Source: an uncultured Gammaproteobacteria bacterium
GTDB taxonomy: Bacteria; Patescibacteriota; Microgenomatia; Daviesbacterales; UBA10151
Length of the DNA: 64,000 bases
Direction of reading: 5' to 3'
NCBI GenBank assembly: GCA_964524895.1
Contig: CAZGFG010000002.1
Location: 41,284-105,283 of the forward strand
Positions within the stretch are counted from its first letter, which is position 1. Every line of letters starts with the position of its first letter. The notes under the pieces were generated by a model that saw nothing but the letters and a program-made list of their open reading frames with translations, ran no database searches and had not been told where the DNA came from. The translations under genes and the position numbers were made by a program. This document shows positions 18,418-27,698 of this stretch, piece after piece.

Positions 18418-19297
18418 GATATTGGTTTATGGAGGTAGCGGGCTAGTTGGATCCCGTTTTGTACAGCTACTTGATAAAGAATTCCAATTAATTGCTCCTT
18501 CCCACTCCCAAGTAGATCTATTTTCCTATGATCAAGTAAGGGAGAACATAAGAGAGGTTAAGCCGGATCAAATATTGTATGCGGCAGGATTTACCAATGT
18601 TGATTTGGCGCAAGAGAAGCAGGAAGAAGCCTATGTTCTAAATAGTAAAGTTCCGCAAGTAATAGCCGATTTAACAAGCACACTAAACATCCCTCTTTAC
18701 TATCTATCGACAGACTACGTATTCGATGGAAGGAATTTTGAGCGACCTTATACTGAAGAGGATTTACCTAATCCTGTTGATTCTGTATATGCCAAGAGTA
18801 AAAGGGAGGGGGAGCAGGCAGCTTTAGCAGGAAGTAGGCGCAACGGGGTTATTCGGTTGATCATGCCTTTTTCTGCCGTATATGAAAAAAAGAGTGATAT
18901 AGCCAGAACTATTCTCAAAAAACTGCAAACTGGAGAAAAAGTTCAAGCAGTTACGGACCAAAAAATAAACCCGGTATTTGTAGATAATTTGGTATATGCA
19001 ATTGAGAAAATACTGGAGAGGGGAGCCAGCGGTATTTATCATGTCGGTGCAACTGATTTTGTCAGCCCCTATGAATTCTCAAAAAAGATTGCCCGTCATT
19101 TTGAATTGTCCGAAGATCTAATAGAAGAAATCGGATTTGGGGAATTTGCAAAAAACAGAGTTGCCAAGAGGCCACAAAACACTTGGCTGGATACCAAAAA
19201 ATTTAGGAAAGAATTTGGTGAAAATATTTTGCAAACGGTGGATGAAGAGCTTGAAAATTTCAAGAGATTGTTGACTGATGATGATAAATTTGTTTAA
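18407..19297 (+). CDS. rmlD: dTDP-4-dehydrorhamnose reductase
   Basis: GGSGLVG, AAGFTNVD, STDYVFDG, YAKSKREGE, DQ..NP, GIYH. Confidence 0.92.
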   Translation: MSAKILVYGGSGLVGSRFVQLLDKEFQLIAPSHSQVDLFSYDQVRENIREVKPDQILYAAGFTNVDLAQEKQEEAYVLNSKVPQVIADLTSTLNIPLYYLSTDYVFDGRNFERPYTEEDLPNPVDSVYAKSKREGEQAALAGSRRNGVIRLIMPFSAVYEKKSDIARTILKKLQTGEKVQAVTDQKINPVFVDNLVYAIEKILERGASGIYHVGATDFVSPYEFSKKIARHFELSEDLIEEIGFGEFAKNRVAKRPQNTWLDTKKFRKEFGENILQTVDEELENFKRLLTDDDKFV

Positions 19298-19307
19298 ACT
19301 GACAAAG

Positions 19308-20321
19308 ATGGCAAAGAAAAAAGCTTTTATCACAGGTGTAGCCGGGCAAGACGGATCATATTTGGCCGAACTGCTGTTGCAAAAAGATTATGAGGTAGGG
19401 GGATTTATCCGTAGAAATGCCCGCAACGAATTGGGCAATATAACCGATATAAAAGATGATATTAAGATTTATTACGGAGACTTAAATTCTGCGGAATCGC
19501 TTGCCTTGGCAATCTACGATTTTAAGCCGGATGAGATATACAATCTGGCAAGCCTGTCTTCACCATTGGGGTCTTTCAGCGATAAGCTGGGGTCAATTAT
19601 GGTGACAGGTATTGGAGCGCTGCATGTTTTTGAAAGAGCAAAACAGATAGTACCGCATGCAAAGATTTATCAAGCTTCTACTTCGGAGATGTTCGGTGCC
19701 CCAAAACAAGTACCGCAAGACGAAAATACTCCCCTGAATCCGGTTAACCCTTATGCGACTGCCAAAGAGTATGCACACCGCATGGCCTATATTGCCAGAA
19801 ATGATAAATTTTCACCGCAATTTATTGCTTGTGGGATCTTATTTAATCACGAAAGTCCCCGAAGAGGTTTGAACTTTGTAACCCGTAAGATTTCTGCCGG
19901 GGTGGCATGTATTAAAAATAATAAAAAGGAGGGTATTCCTTTAAATGAAATCGGAGAACCGATTATTCAAAACGGCAAACTGACGTTAGGGGATTTACAA
20001 TCCAAAAGAGATTGGGGTTATGCCCCGGATTTTGTAGAGGCAATGTGGTTGATGCTGCAACAAGAAAAGGCGGATGATTTTGTAATTGCAACAGGAGAGG
20101 TGCATACGGTAGAAGATTTTGCCAGAGAAGCTTTTGCAGCGGTTGGTCTGAATTGGAAAGATTATGTTATAACCGATCAGCATTTTGTACCCCCGGTACA
20201 AACAGGACCTCTACAAGGAGATCCGGCAAAGGCCAAAAAAATATTGGGTTGGGAACCAAAGACAAGATTTAAAGAGTTGGTAGGGATTATGGTTAATGCG
20301 GATTTGGCTAAATTTGTTTAA
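19308..20321 (+). CDS. gmd: GDP-mannose 4,6-dehydratase
   Basis: ITGVAGQDGSYLAELLL, PDEIYNLA, YQASTSEMFG, GILFNHESPRRG..FVTRKI, RDWGYA; ATG 19308 preferred. Confidence 0.93.
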   Translation: MAKKKAFITGVAGQDGSYLAELLLQKDYEVGGFIRRNARNELGNITDIKDDIKIYYGDLNSAESLALAIYDFKPDEIYNLASLSSPLGSFSDKLGSIMVTGIGALHVFERAKQIVPHAKIYQASTSEMFGAPKQVPQDENTPLNPVNPYATAKEYAHRMAYIARNDKFSPQFIACGILFNHESPRRGLNFVTRKISAGVACIKNNKKEGIPLNEIGEPIIQNGKLTLGDLQSKRDWGYAPDFVEAMWLMLQQEKADDFVIATGEVHTVEDFAREAFAAVGLNWKDYVITDQHFVPPVQTGPLQGDPAKAKKILGWEPKTRFKELVGIMVNADLAKFV

Positions 20322-20368
20322 TCTTGTTTAATCTATTGCCAGAATTTTTCCTGATTTTCCTCATCAGA

Positions 20369-20397
20369 TTGTCAAACCTACATAATTACATTACAAT
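20369..20397 (+). promoter_or_regulatory. sigma70 promoter TTGTCA-17-TACAAT, probable leaderless transcript
   Basis: Canonical spacing; -10 ends 6 nt before ATG 20404. Confidence 0.65.
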
Positions 20398-20403
20398 CTA
20401 TCA

Positions 20404-21597
20404 ATGAATAATAGAATAAAAAGATTGGCCGTTATTTTGCCGACCTACAATGAAAAAGGCAGCATTGAAAAAACGATTAGAGAAGTATTATCCCAAGAAG
20501 AGAAATTGCCCGGATGGAAAATAGATGTAGTTGTTTCCGATAGCAACTCCCCTGACGGCACGGCAGAGATAGTCAAAAAAATTGCCCGTAAAAATTCCCA
20601 AGTTCACCTTATCAGTGTGGATCATGGTTTAGGGGTTGGATTGATTGAAGGCCATCAATATGCAGTGACACACCTCAACCCGGATGTATTGGCCCAAATG
20701 GATGCCGATGGGCAGGTCGAAACCGAAATCTTGGTTAGACTGGTAAGGGCTACAGAGGAGGGTTACGATTTTGTCATGGGTTCCAGGTTTGTTAAAGGCG
20801 GTAAGAATCTGCTTTCTCTATCAAGACGGATTTTTAGCGCAGGTTTATCACTGGTATCCCGTATTGTGATGGGGCCGTTAGATGTAGGAGAATTTGCAAA
20901 TTCTGCCCGGGCTTTTACACCGGCGCTCTTTAAAAAACTTAATCTGGAAAGAATGCCATGGAGAGAAAAAACTTTTATAATACAACCGGCTTTTTTGCAT
21001 GAAGCCATGCTGGCAGGTGCCAAATATAAAGAGATCCCCCTAATCTTTAAAAATAGAGCAGAAGGATATTCCAAGAATAAAATATTTAATTATAGTTACG
21101 ATGTCATAACCTACACTATAGATGCCAGACTGCACAGTTGGGGAATAAATATCCCCTTTTTCTATCTAACAAGAAAAGCAAAAACTATAGTCAAATTTGG
21201 TTTAGTAGGTTTTACCGGTACTATGGTAGACTTCTTCTTTTACAAAGTTTTTATTAATGCTTTGGGGTTTCCGCCGGCAACCGCCAAGGGTTTTTCAACA
21301 GAGATAGCTATCATCAATAATTTTTTTCTCAATAATTATTGGACTTTTAGACACCGCAAAACCAAGACCCACCTTTGGCACAAAATGGGAATTTTTAATT
21401 TGGTTAGTTTGGGAGGGTTGGTGATAGCAGTGTTGATTGTGAAATCTTTGCACATACTTTACGGAGACGGTTTTATAACAATTTTTGGCAGGCCGATTGC
21501 CTATAATAACTTTTACTTTTTTGCAACTATCCCGCCGGTTATGACTTGGAATTTTGTAGTCAACCACTTTGTAACCTGGCGCCATCAAAAAGATTAA
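20404..21597 (+). CDS. GT2 polyprenol-phosphate glycosyltransferase (DPM-synthase-like) fused to a GtrA-like 4-TM domain
   Basis: ILPTYNE, DSNSPDGT, MDADGQ, GSRFVKGG, F.NR..G.SK; C-terminal KFGLVG.TGT.VD...NNF.LNN.WTF...WNF. Confidence 0.9.
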   Translation: MNNRIKRLAVILPTYNEKGSIEKTIREVLSQEEKLPGWKIDVVVSDSNSPDGTAEIVKKIARKNSQVHLISVDHGLGVGLIEGHQYAVTHLNPDVLAQMDADGQVETEILVRLVRATEEGYDFVMGSRFVKGGKNLLSLSRRIFSAGLSLVSRIVMGPLDVGEFANSARAFTPALFKKLNLERMPWREKTFIIQPAFLHEAMLAGAKYKEIPLIFKNRAEGYSKNKIFNYSYDVITYTIDARLHSWGINIPFFYLTRKAKTIVKFGLVGFTGTMVDFFFYKVFINALGFPPATAKGFSTEIAIINNFFLNNYWTFRHRKTKTHLWHKMGIFNLVSLGGLVIAVLIVKSLHILYGDGFITIFGRPIAYNNFYFFATIPPVMTWNFVVNHFVTWRHQKD

Positions 21598-22763
21598 TTA
21601 AAAAGTTGGGGGTCGGGGAAGGGTGCGGTATTGGCAAGGATATAATTTTGAGTGTAAAGATATAGTGCCAGCCCCACTACTGTCAGCACAATCTGAAATT
21701 CTTTACTGGTTAAAACTTTCTCAAATGCAATCAAGACGAAAGGAAAGACAGGAAGCAGGTATCTGCTGATATCTCTGTGTGCAACCAGTGTTGAGGCCGT
21801 AAGATAAGTAAGTACAAAAAAAGATAGGGGATAGAGTTTTTTCTTCCATAAAGTAATTCCTCCTAAAAACCCTAATATAAATATATAGACTATATCTTCC
21901 AACCAAATATCTCCTACCCAAAATTGATCTTTATTAAATACCTGATAAGGAGGAAAGGTTAGGTGGATATTGTCTCCGCTATGGAAATAGGCCCAAAAGT
22001 CCCCATAGCTTTGCTGGTATGTTAAAAACATCAAAAGCAGCCCCAGGGGAATTAAAATAAGCGGAAAATATTTAAGATGTTGCAATAAAGCTTTCTTAAG
22101 GCCGACTAGTTTTATATTTACAAAAAATTTGTAATGGACATATAAGGCTAAAGCTATAAAAAGAAGAATCCCCGGTGGTCTGGTTAGTTGGGCAAAAAGG
22201 CCAAGCAAGGAAGCCATGATTATCATCCAGTATTTTCTCGATGCTTCATATTTGAGGAAAAAATAAAGGGATGTAATAATCAGGAATATAAACGTTGGCT
22301 CTGAAGAACCGACACTGTGTACTATTAACCATCGTGCCGGCAGTATTAAAAAAATTAGGCCCAATACTAATGGGCGGGTAGTTAATTTAAAATCTCTGAC
22401 TAAAAAATAAAATGTCCATGCTGCTAAAATTGTGGAAGCAACCGATACAAAAAGCATTGATTTTAAATAGCCTAAAACGGGCGCAAGCGCATTTATAAGC
22501 AAAGAGTAACCTAAAAAATGAGAAGCAAAATAAGCAGCCGGTAAGGATTGCGGTAGCGCAGATATGATTTGAGAATCATACAGGGATTTTGCTATGATGA
22601 TATATTCCAGCCCGTCGAAGTTTCGATAGATAGTATTGAATCCTTCGCTAAAATTAAGCCCCCAAAAACCTGGGAGCGCCAACATATGCGGAAGCCAAAC
22701 TAGGAAGGTTAAAATAAGTGTAGCTAGGAAGATAATTAAAAGATCAAAGAATGTTTGTTTCAC
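21594..22763 (-). CDS. GT-C-type membrane glycosyltransferase (PIG-V/GT76-like)
   Basis: NFDGLEY..IA..LY, SEPTF, LTRPPG, SRY motifs; multi-TM. Confidence 0.7.
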   Translation of the reverse strand: MKQTFFDLLIIFLATLILTFLVWLPHMLALPGFWGLNFSEGFNTIYRNFDGLEYIIIAKSLYDSQIISALPQSLPAAYFASHFLGYSLLINALAPVLGYLKSMLFVSVASTILAAWTFYFLVRDFKLTTRPLVLGLIFLILPARWLIVHSVGSSEPTFIFLIITSLYFFLKYEASRKYWMIIMASLLGLFAQLTRPPGILLFIALALYVHYKFFVNIKLVGLKKALLQHLKYFPLILIPLGLLLMFLTYQQSYGDFWAYFHSGDNIHLTFPPYQVFNKDQFWVGDIWLEDIVYIFILGFLGGITLWKKKLYPLSFFVLTYLTASTLVAHRDISRYLLPVFPFVLIAFEKVLTSKEFQIVLTVVGLALYLYTQNYILANTAPFPDPQLFN

Positions 22764-22816
22764 CGCAATTATATTCTAGCAGAATGATTACCGGCTATGC
22801 TACACTTTTGAGGTAG

Positions 22817-25006
22817 ATGAATATTAGGAAACTATCGGTATTTTTTCCGGCTTACAACGAAGAAGAGAATATTAAAGACACCGTTGAGAAAGCTGTAGCA
22901 ACCTTGGAGAGATTGGATTTGGAAGATTATGAAATACTGGTTGTAAATGACGGGTCTAAAGATAAAACGGCAGAGATTGTACGGCAGCTGGAAAAAGAAA
23001 ATAGACATATTAGGCTAATTAACCATGACCGAAACAGAGGTTACGGACAGGCGCTTAAAAGTGGATTTAAGGAAGCCCGGTTTGATTGGGTAGCTTTTTC
23101 AGATTCCGATGGGCAGTTTAATTTCGCGGAGATTACCGGATTTCTGGAAAAAACAGACCAGGCAGACTTTGTTTTGGGGTTTAGGATAAAACGTGCAGAT
23201 CCTTTTATCCGTAAAGTCTATACCTTTGGCTGGAAGATGATTGCACAAATATTGTTTGGGCTCAAAGTGAAAGATTACTCGTGTGGTTTTAAGCTGATTA
23301 AAAAACAATCATTTGAAACTTGCCTGCCGCTGGATTCCGAAGAAAAGGTTACGCAAATTGAACTTTTAGTCAAAGCGATGAAAAAAGGGTACCGCTTTGC
23401 GGAAGTCGGAGTTAATCACTATCCCCGCATGTTTGGACATCCCACCGGAGCAAATATCAAGGTAGTTTTAAAAAGTTTGCTAGATATCACAAGGCTTTGG
23501 TGGCAGTTAACAGATCAAAAAATCCTCTTTTTCTCTCTTTTGGCAACTTTTATTTTGGGAGCTTTTTTAAGGTTTTATAAATTGGATGGTTATATGACAT
23601 TTCTAGGCGATGAAGGCAGGGATATGTTAATTATGAAAAAGATTTTGGTTGATCACGATTTTCCCTTAATCGGTCCTCCCACATCGATTGGAAATATTTA
23701 CTTGGGGCCGCTTTACTACTATATGATGGCCCTTCCTTCTCTCATATTTTGGATGAATCCGGTTGCATCTGCCGCGATGAATGCACTGCTGGGGATACTC
23801 ACGGTTTTGTTAATCTACTATTTGGCAAAAATCTGGTTTGGAAGAATCCCGGCGGCTGTTGCCTCCTTTTTATATGCAATTAGTCCGGTTGCAATCATAT
23901 ATTCCCGCTCTTCGTGGAATCCTAACCCCGCACCCTTTTTTACTTTACTGGGGATGCTGGGGCTTTTTAAGGTTTACTCAACAAGAGATTTCCGTTACCT
24001 TTTCTTAAGCGGTCTGTCTTTTGCTGCTGCCATTCAGATGCATTATTTGGCCTTAATCCTTATTCCGATTGCCGGGGTGATTTGGCTTACAGAAACCTTT
24101 TATATTAAAGCCAAAAAAAGGCATTTTTGGCTGGGGACCATACTTGGGGTAGTGGCATTTTTGTCAGTGATGTCTCCTCTGGTTGTCTTTGATTTTAAAC
24201 ATAACTTTTTAAATTTTAGGGCGATGAAAGAGCTTTTCGGGGGCAGCGGGGCAATACAAGCAGAGTCGGCGGCAAATTTAGGCAAGTTCTATGACCTTTT
24301 AACAAATAAATTAATCAACCGATATGTAAGTGGCGGAAATGAGATTTTAGGATTTGTTTTACTTATTATAGTCCTCATCCCAATCATATACATGATTATA
24401 AAATTGATTAAATCCAAAGTTTTAGATTATCCAAATTTTTTATTAGGAGTATGGCTTATTGTAGGGCTGGCCGGTTTAATACTTTATCAAAAGGACGTTT
24501 ATGATCACTATTTAGGGTTTATAAGCCCGGCAGCTTACTTGCTTTTGGCATCATTTATCAGTCTTTATTTAACTAACTTTAAAAAAATAAATAAGTTTTT
24601 AAAAATAGCTCCACTTGCTGTATTTTTACTCATACTGGTTTTTGTTAACCTTCAACAAAGTCCTTTGAGAAATCCCCCCAACAATCAACTTCAAAAAACC
24701 CAGAGGGTAGCAAACTATATAATAGGGCAATCGGAAGGGAAGCCTTTTAACTTTGCCCTGATCGCAGCCCGCAATTATGACTCGGCATATCAATTTTACC
24801 TCTGGCTTTATGGGTATCAACCAAAACAGGTCCCCTTTGATAAAACCGATCAATTGTTTGTTGTATGTGAAGATGTGGTTTGTGATCCGTTATATAATCC
24901 AAAGTATGAGATAGCAGCATATGGTTGGGCCAGGGTAGAAAAAGTGGAAGAGGTAAATGGGGTAAGGGTGTATAAATTAGTTCCCAATCCTTCCGGAAAA
25001 CCTTAA
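22817..25006 (+). CDS. fusion protein: N-terminal GT2 (polyprenol-P glycosyltransferase) plus C-terminal GT83/ArnT-like GT-C domain
   Basis: aa 1-230: PAYNEE, VNDGSKD, NRGYG.AL, DSDGQ, D..CGFKL. Then LRFY..FLGDEGRD, GP.TSIG..YLGPLYYY, SR.SWNPN. One continuous frame. Confidence 0.88.
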   Translation: MNIRKLSVFFPAYNEEENIKDTVEKAVATLERLDLEDYEILVVNDGSKDKTAEIVRQLEKENRHIRLINHDRNRGYGQALKSGFKEARFDWVAFSDSDGQFNFAEITGFLEKTDQADFVLGFRIKRADPFIRKVYTFGWKMIAQILFGLKVKDYSCGFKLIKKQSFETCLPLDSEEKVTQIELLVKAMKKGYRFAEVGVNHYPRMFGHPTGANIKVVLKSLLDITRLWWQLTDQKILFFSLLATFILGAFLRFYKLDGYMTFLGDEGRDMLIMKKILVDHDFPLIGPPTSIGNIYLGPLYYYMMALPSLIFWMNPVASAAMNALLGILTVLLIYYLAKIWFGRIPAAVASFLYAISPVAIIYSRSSWNPNPAPFFTLLGMLGLFKVYSTRDFRYLFLSGLSFAAAIQMHYLALILIPIAGVIWLTETFYIKAKKRHFWLGTILGVVAFLSVMSPLVVFDFKHNFLNFRAMKELFGGSGAIQAESAANLGKFYDLLTNKLINRYVSGGNEILGFVLLIIVLIPIIYMIIKLIKSKVLDYPNFLLGVWLIVGLAGLILYQKDVYDHYLGFISPAAYLLLASFISLYLTNFKKINKFLKIAPLAVFLLILVFVNLQQSPLRNPPNNQLQKTQRVANYIIGQSEGKPFNFALIAARNYDSAYQFYLWLYGYQPKQVPFDKTDQLFVVCEDVVCDPLYNPKYEIAAYGWARVEKVEEVNGVRVYKLVPNPSGKP

Positions 25007-25015
25007 AATAATAAT

Positions 25016-25750
25016 ATGAAATTATCAATTATCTTTCCGGCATATAATGAGGCGGAAAATATTAAAAATGGGGCTTTGGAAAAAGTTTCCTCTTATTTGG
25101 ATAAAGTGGATTATCCCTACGAGGTTTTGATTGTAGATGATGGATCGCAGGATGAAACAGCCTCCCTTATTAGAGAAGAAATAAAAGGAAAGAGTAATTA
25201 TCGGATAATAGAAAATAAACACGGAGGTAAGGCAATCTCCGTAATTACCGGAATGGAAGAGGCCAAAGGAGAAATAATTCTTTTTTCGGATATGGATCAG
25301 GCAACACCTTTGTCTGAAATAGAAAAATTTTTCCCAAAATTTGAAGAAGGGTTTGATTTGGTGATTGGGTCAAGAAAAGGTAGAAAAGGAGCACCTTTAG
25401 TTAGAAAACTATCAGCCTGGGGATTTTCCGTCCTAAGAAGGCTAATATTAGGATTGCCTTTTAAGGATACCCAGTGCGGGTTTAAGGCTTTTAATAAATC
25501 CTCGATAGAAAGAATTGTTCCCAAAATTAAAACAGAATGGGGGGTTGTACATTTTAAGGGTGGGGCGGTTAATGCCGGATTTGATGTGGAAGTTTTATAC
25601 TTGGCTAAAAAATATGGATTTAAAATTGCAGAGGTGGAGGTGCAGTGGAGTTATGTGGATACGGAAAGGGTGCAGGTAGTAAAAGATGCCGCTGCTGCAA
25701 TTTATGACATGTTAAGGATAAGGTGGAATGACTTAAGAGGTAAGTATTAA
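25016..25750 (+). CDS. GT2 dolichyl/polyprenyl-phosphate glycosyltransferase (DPG-synthase-like)
   Basis: PAYNE, VDDGSQD, GK, FSDMDQATP, GSR, DTQCGFKAF, FDVE. Confidence 0.9.
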   Translation: MKLSIIFPAYNEAENIKNGALEKVSSYLDKVDYPYEVLIVDDGSQDETASLIREEIKGKSNYRIIENKHGGKAISVITGMEEAKGEIILFSDMDQATPLSEIEKFFPKFEEGFDLVIGSRKGRKGAPLVRKLSAWGFSVLRRLILGLPFKDTQCGFKAFNKSSIERIVPKIKTEWGVVHFKGGAVNAGFDVEVLYLAKKYGFKIAEVEVQWSYVDTERVQVVKDAAAAIYDMLRIRWNDLRGKY

Positions 25751-25761
25751 TAAAATTCCCA

Positions 25762-25790
25762 TTGTTTTCTTACAATTTTAGGGGTAAGAT
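25762..25790 (+). promoter_or_regulatory. putative promoter TTGTTT-17-TAAGAT
   Basis: -10 ends 7 nt before ATG 25798. Confidence 0.45.
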
Positions 25791-25797
25791 TTTGTTG

Positions 25798-26106
25798 ATG
25801 AGTATGGTGGAGCAGGTGATGGCAGAACAGATGGTTAGTCAGCTTGCAGATCTTTTGGTGAAAAGAGATAAGATGGTGAGGATTATGCGGAGTATGAGGG
25901 TGGACGATTCCTGCTTACCTTATGATTTTGAAACCCTGTGGATATTTGATACGGCTATTGGTGTCAGGTTGCAGGATTTAGGTTCTATCGGGGAGGAATT
26001 AGGTTTAACCAGATTTTCCCATAAAGCAAAATCCCCCGGACAATTTAGAATTAGGGAAACTAAAAGGAGATGCCCTCAAAGTCCATTCTTTTGTAAATCC
26101 AGATAA
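25798..26106 (+). CDS. hypothetical protein
   Basis: 102-aa ORF filling the gap, with a promoter-like element positioned for leaderless initiation; no recognisable motif. Confidence 0.45.
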   Translation: MSMVEQVMAEQMVSQLADLLVKRDKMVRIMRSMRVDDSCLPYDFETLWIFDTAIGVRLQDLGSIGEELGLTRFSHKAKSPGQFRIRETKRRCPQSPFFCKSR

Positions 26107-26238
26107 GATAAAAGTAGTAATAATTTTCCATTGTTTTCCTGAAAACTTGAAGGTAGAAGCTAGGTTGGAATTACCCCTGCTATGAACTATCAAGGTGTAA
26201 TTCTTGAAGAAGCATAGAAATTATGCTACTTTAGCAAA

Positions 26239-26577
26239 ATGATAGAAAAGTTAGGCAAAGGACTCCCTCCCAGGCCTCCATATTCTGATGTCGTGCTAGA
26301 TTTGGTAAATCTTAGTGATGAAGCAAGACTGTGTCAAGATTTTGGAGAAGCAGTCAGTTTTAGCCAAAGAGAAATGGATATTTTGGGATTCGTAATTGCA
26401 GGAATTGGATCTTCAACAGTTATTGGCCAAAGGTTAGGTCTAAGTAAGGCAACAATCAATCTAAATTTTATAGGTATACGGAGGAAGTTGGGTACCACAG
26501 ACCATCCACACACGGCTGCTGTATTGTGGAGTAAGGGTTATGTCAGGATAAAAGAAGATAGTAATACTCATCTATAA
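26239..26577 (+). CDS. small LuxR/GerE-type HTH protein
   Basis: FSQREMDIL..VIAG.....IGQRLGLSKATI......IRRKLG....AAV....GY; preceded by TTGAAG-17-TACTTT-6-ATG. Confidence 0.75.
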   Translation: MIEKLGKGLPPRPPYSDVVLDLVNLSDEARLCQDFGEAVSFSQREMDILGFVIAGIGSSTVIGQRLGLSKATINLNFIGIRRKLGTTDHPHTAAVLWSKGYVRIKEDSNTHL

Positions 26578-26681
26578 TTCAATAATTTTGCATTTTCCCC
26601 AAGATCTAAACACGACGGTTGCAAGCAAAAAGTAGTATTTTCCCATCTGGAGGATTAAAATAGCAGACATACTATTACTTC

Positions 26682-27353
26682 ATGCGAATTAAAGACTTGC
26701 CTAAGGTTGAAAGGCCTAGAGAGAAATTAATCAAATATGGTCCAGAAAGACTATCAAATTCTGAACTTTTAGCTATTCTACTTCGAACTGGAACTAAAAA
26801 ATTAAATGTAGTACAGCTTTCAAGTAAAATCTTAAAAAGTCTAAGTAGTAAAAATTTAATGAATGTAGATTATCAACAGTTAAAGAAAATTTCTGGGTTA
26901 GGACCAGCTAAAGCTTGCGAGATTGTTGCTTGTTTTGAACTGGGGAAGAGGTTACTTAAAGATAAAAAGGCCACCATGGTTTTATCCCCTAAAGACATTT
27001 GGGAAGAGCTTAAAGATCTTAGAGATCATAAGAAAGAGCATTTTGTAGTTTTTTATTTGGATACTAGAAATCAGGAAATTCAAAGAGAAATAATCTCTGT
27101 GGGGTCATTGAACGCTAGTTTGGTTCACCCAAGAGAAGTATTTGAGCCAGCTGTCAGAAATTTAGCAGCCCAGATAATAGTCTCTCATAATCATCCTTCT
27201 GGAAACCCGGAACCTTCCAAAGAGGATTTAGAAATCACCCGAAAATTGGTAGAATCAGGGAGAATTTTAGGAATAGAGGTAATAGACCATATTGTAGTCT
27301 CAGAAGAGAGTTATTATAGTTTGGCTAGTAAGGAGCCAACTTTATTTAAATGA
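26682..27353 (+). CDS. radC: RadC family JAB-domain protein
   Basis: RPREKL...G...LSNSELLAILLRTG, GLGPAKA, EHF, VHPREVF, HNHPSGNPEPS.ED, DH. Confidence 0.95.
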   Translation: MRIKDLPKVERPREKLIKYGPERLSNSELLAILLRTGTKKLNVVQLSSKILKSLSSKNLMNVDYQQLKKISGLGPAKACEIVACFELGKRLLKDKKATMVLSPKDIWEELKDLRDHKKEHFVVFYLDTRNQEIQREIISVGSLNASLVHPREVFEPAVRNLAAQIIVSHNHPSGNPEPSKEDLEITRKLVESGRILGIEVIDHIVVSEESYYSLASKEPTLFK

Positions 27354-27697
27354 ATGATATAGAGATAGTGACGAATAAGCTTCTGGAATTTAGGAAGAAG
27401 CGAAATTGGGAGCAATTTCACAAACCAAAAGATTTGGCGATATCTCTGGTACTAGAAGCGGGAGAGCTATTAGAGCATTTTCAATGGAGATCTGATGAGG
27501 AGATAAGAAAACACGTTATAGATCAAAAAAATGAAGTAGCAGAGGAACTTGCAGATGTTTTTAACTGGGTGTTACTTTTAGCGCATGATCTGAATATAGA
27601 TATTATTAAGTCAAGTTTAAAAAAGATTGATAAGAATCGTAAAAAATACCCAGTAAAAAAGACTAAAGGTAAACATACTAAATATACCAATTTATAA
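27350..27697 (+). CDS. MazG-like nucleotide pyrophosphohydrolase (dCTPase-like)
   Basis: FR..RNWEQFH.PKDLA.SL..EAGELLE.FQW, EELADV, K...N..KYP; ATGA overlap with radC. Confidence 0.92.
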   Translation: MNDIEIVTNKLLEFRKKRNWEQFHKPKDLAISLVLEAGELLEHFQWRSDEEIRKHVIDQKNEVAEELADVFNWVLLLAHDLNIDIIKSSLKKIDKNRKKYPVKKTKGKHTKYTNL

Positions 27698-27698
27698 C

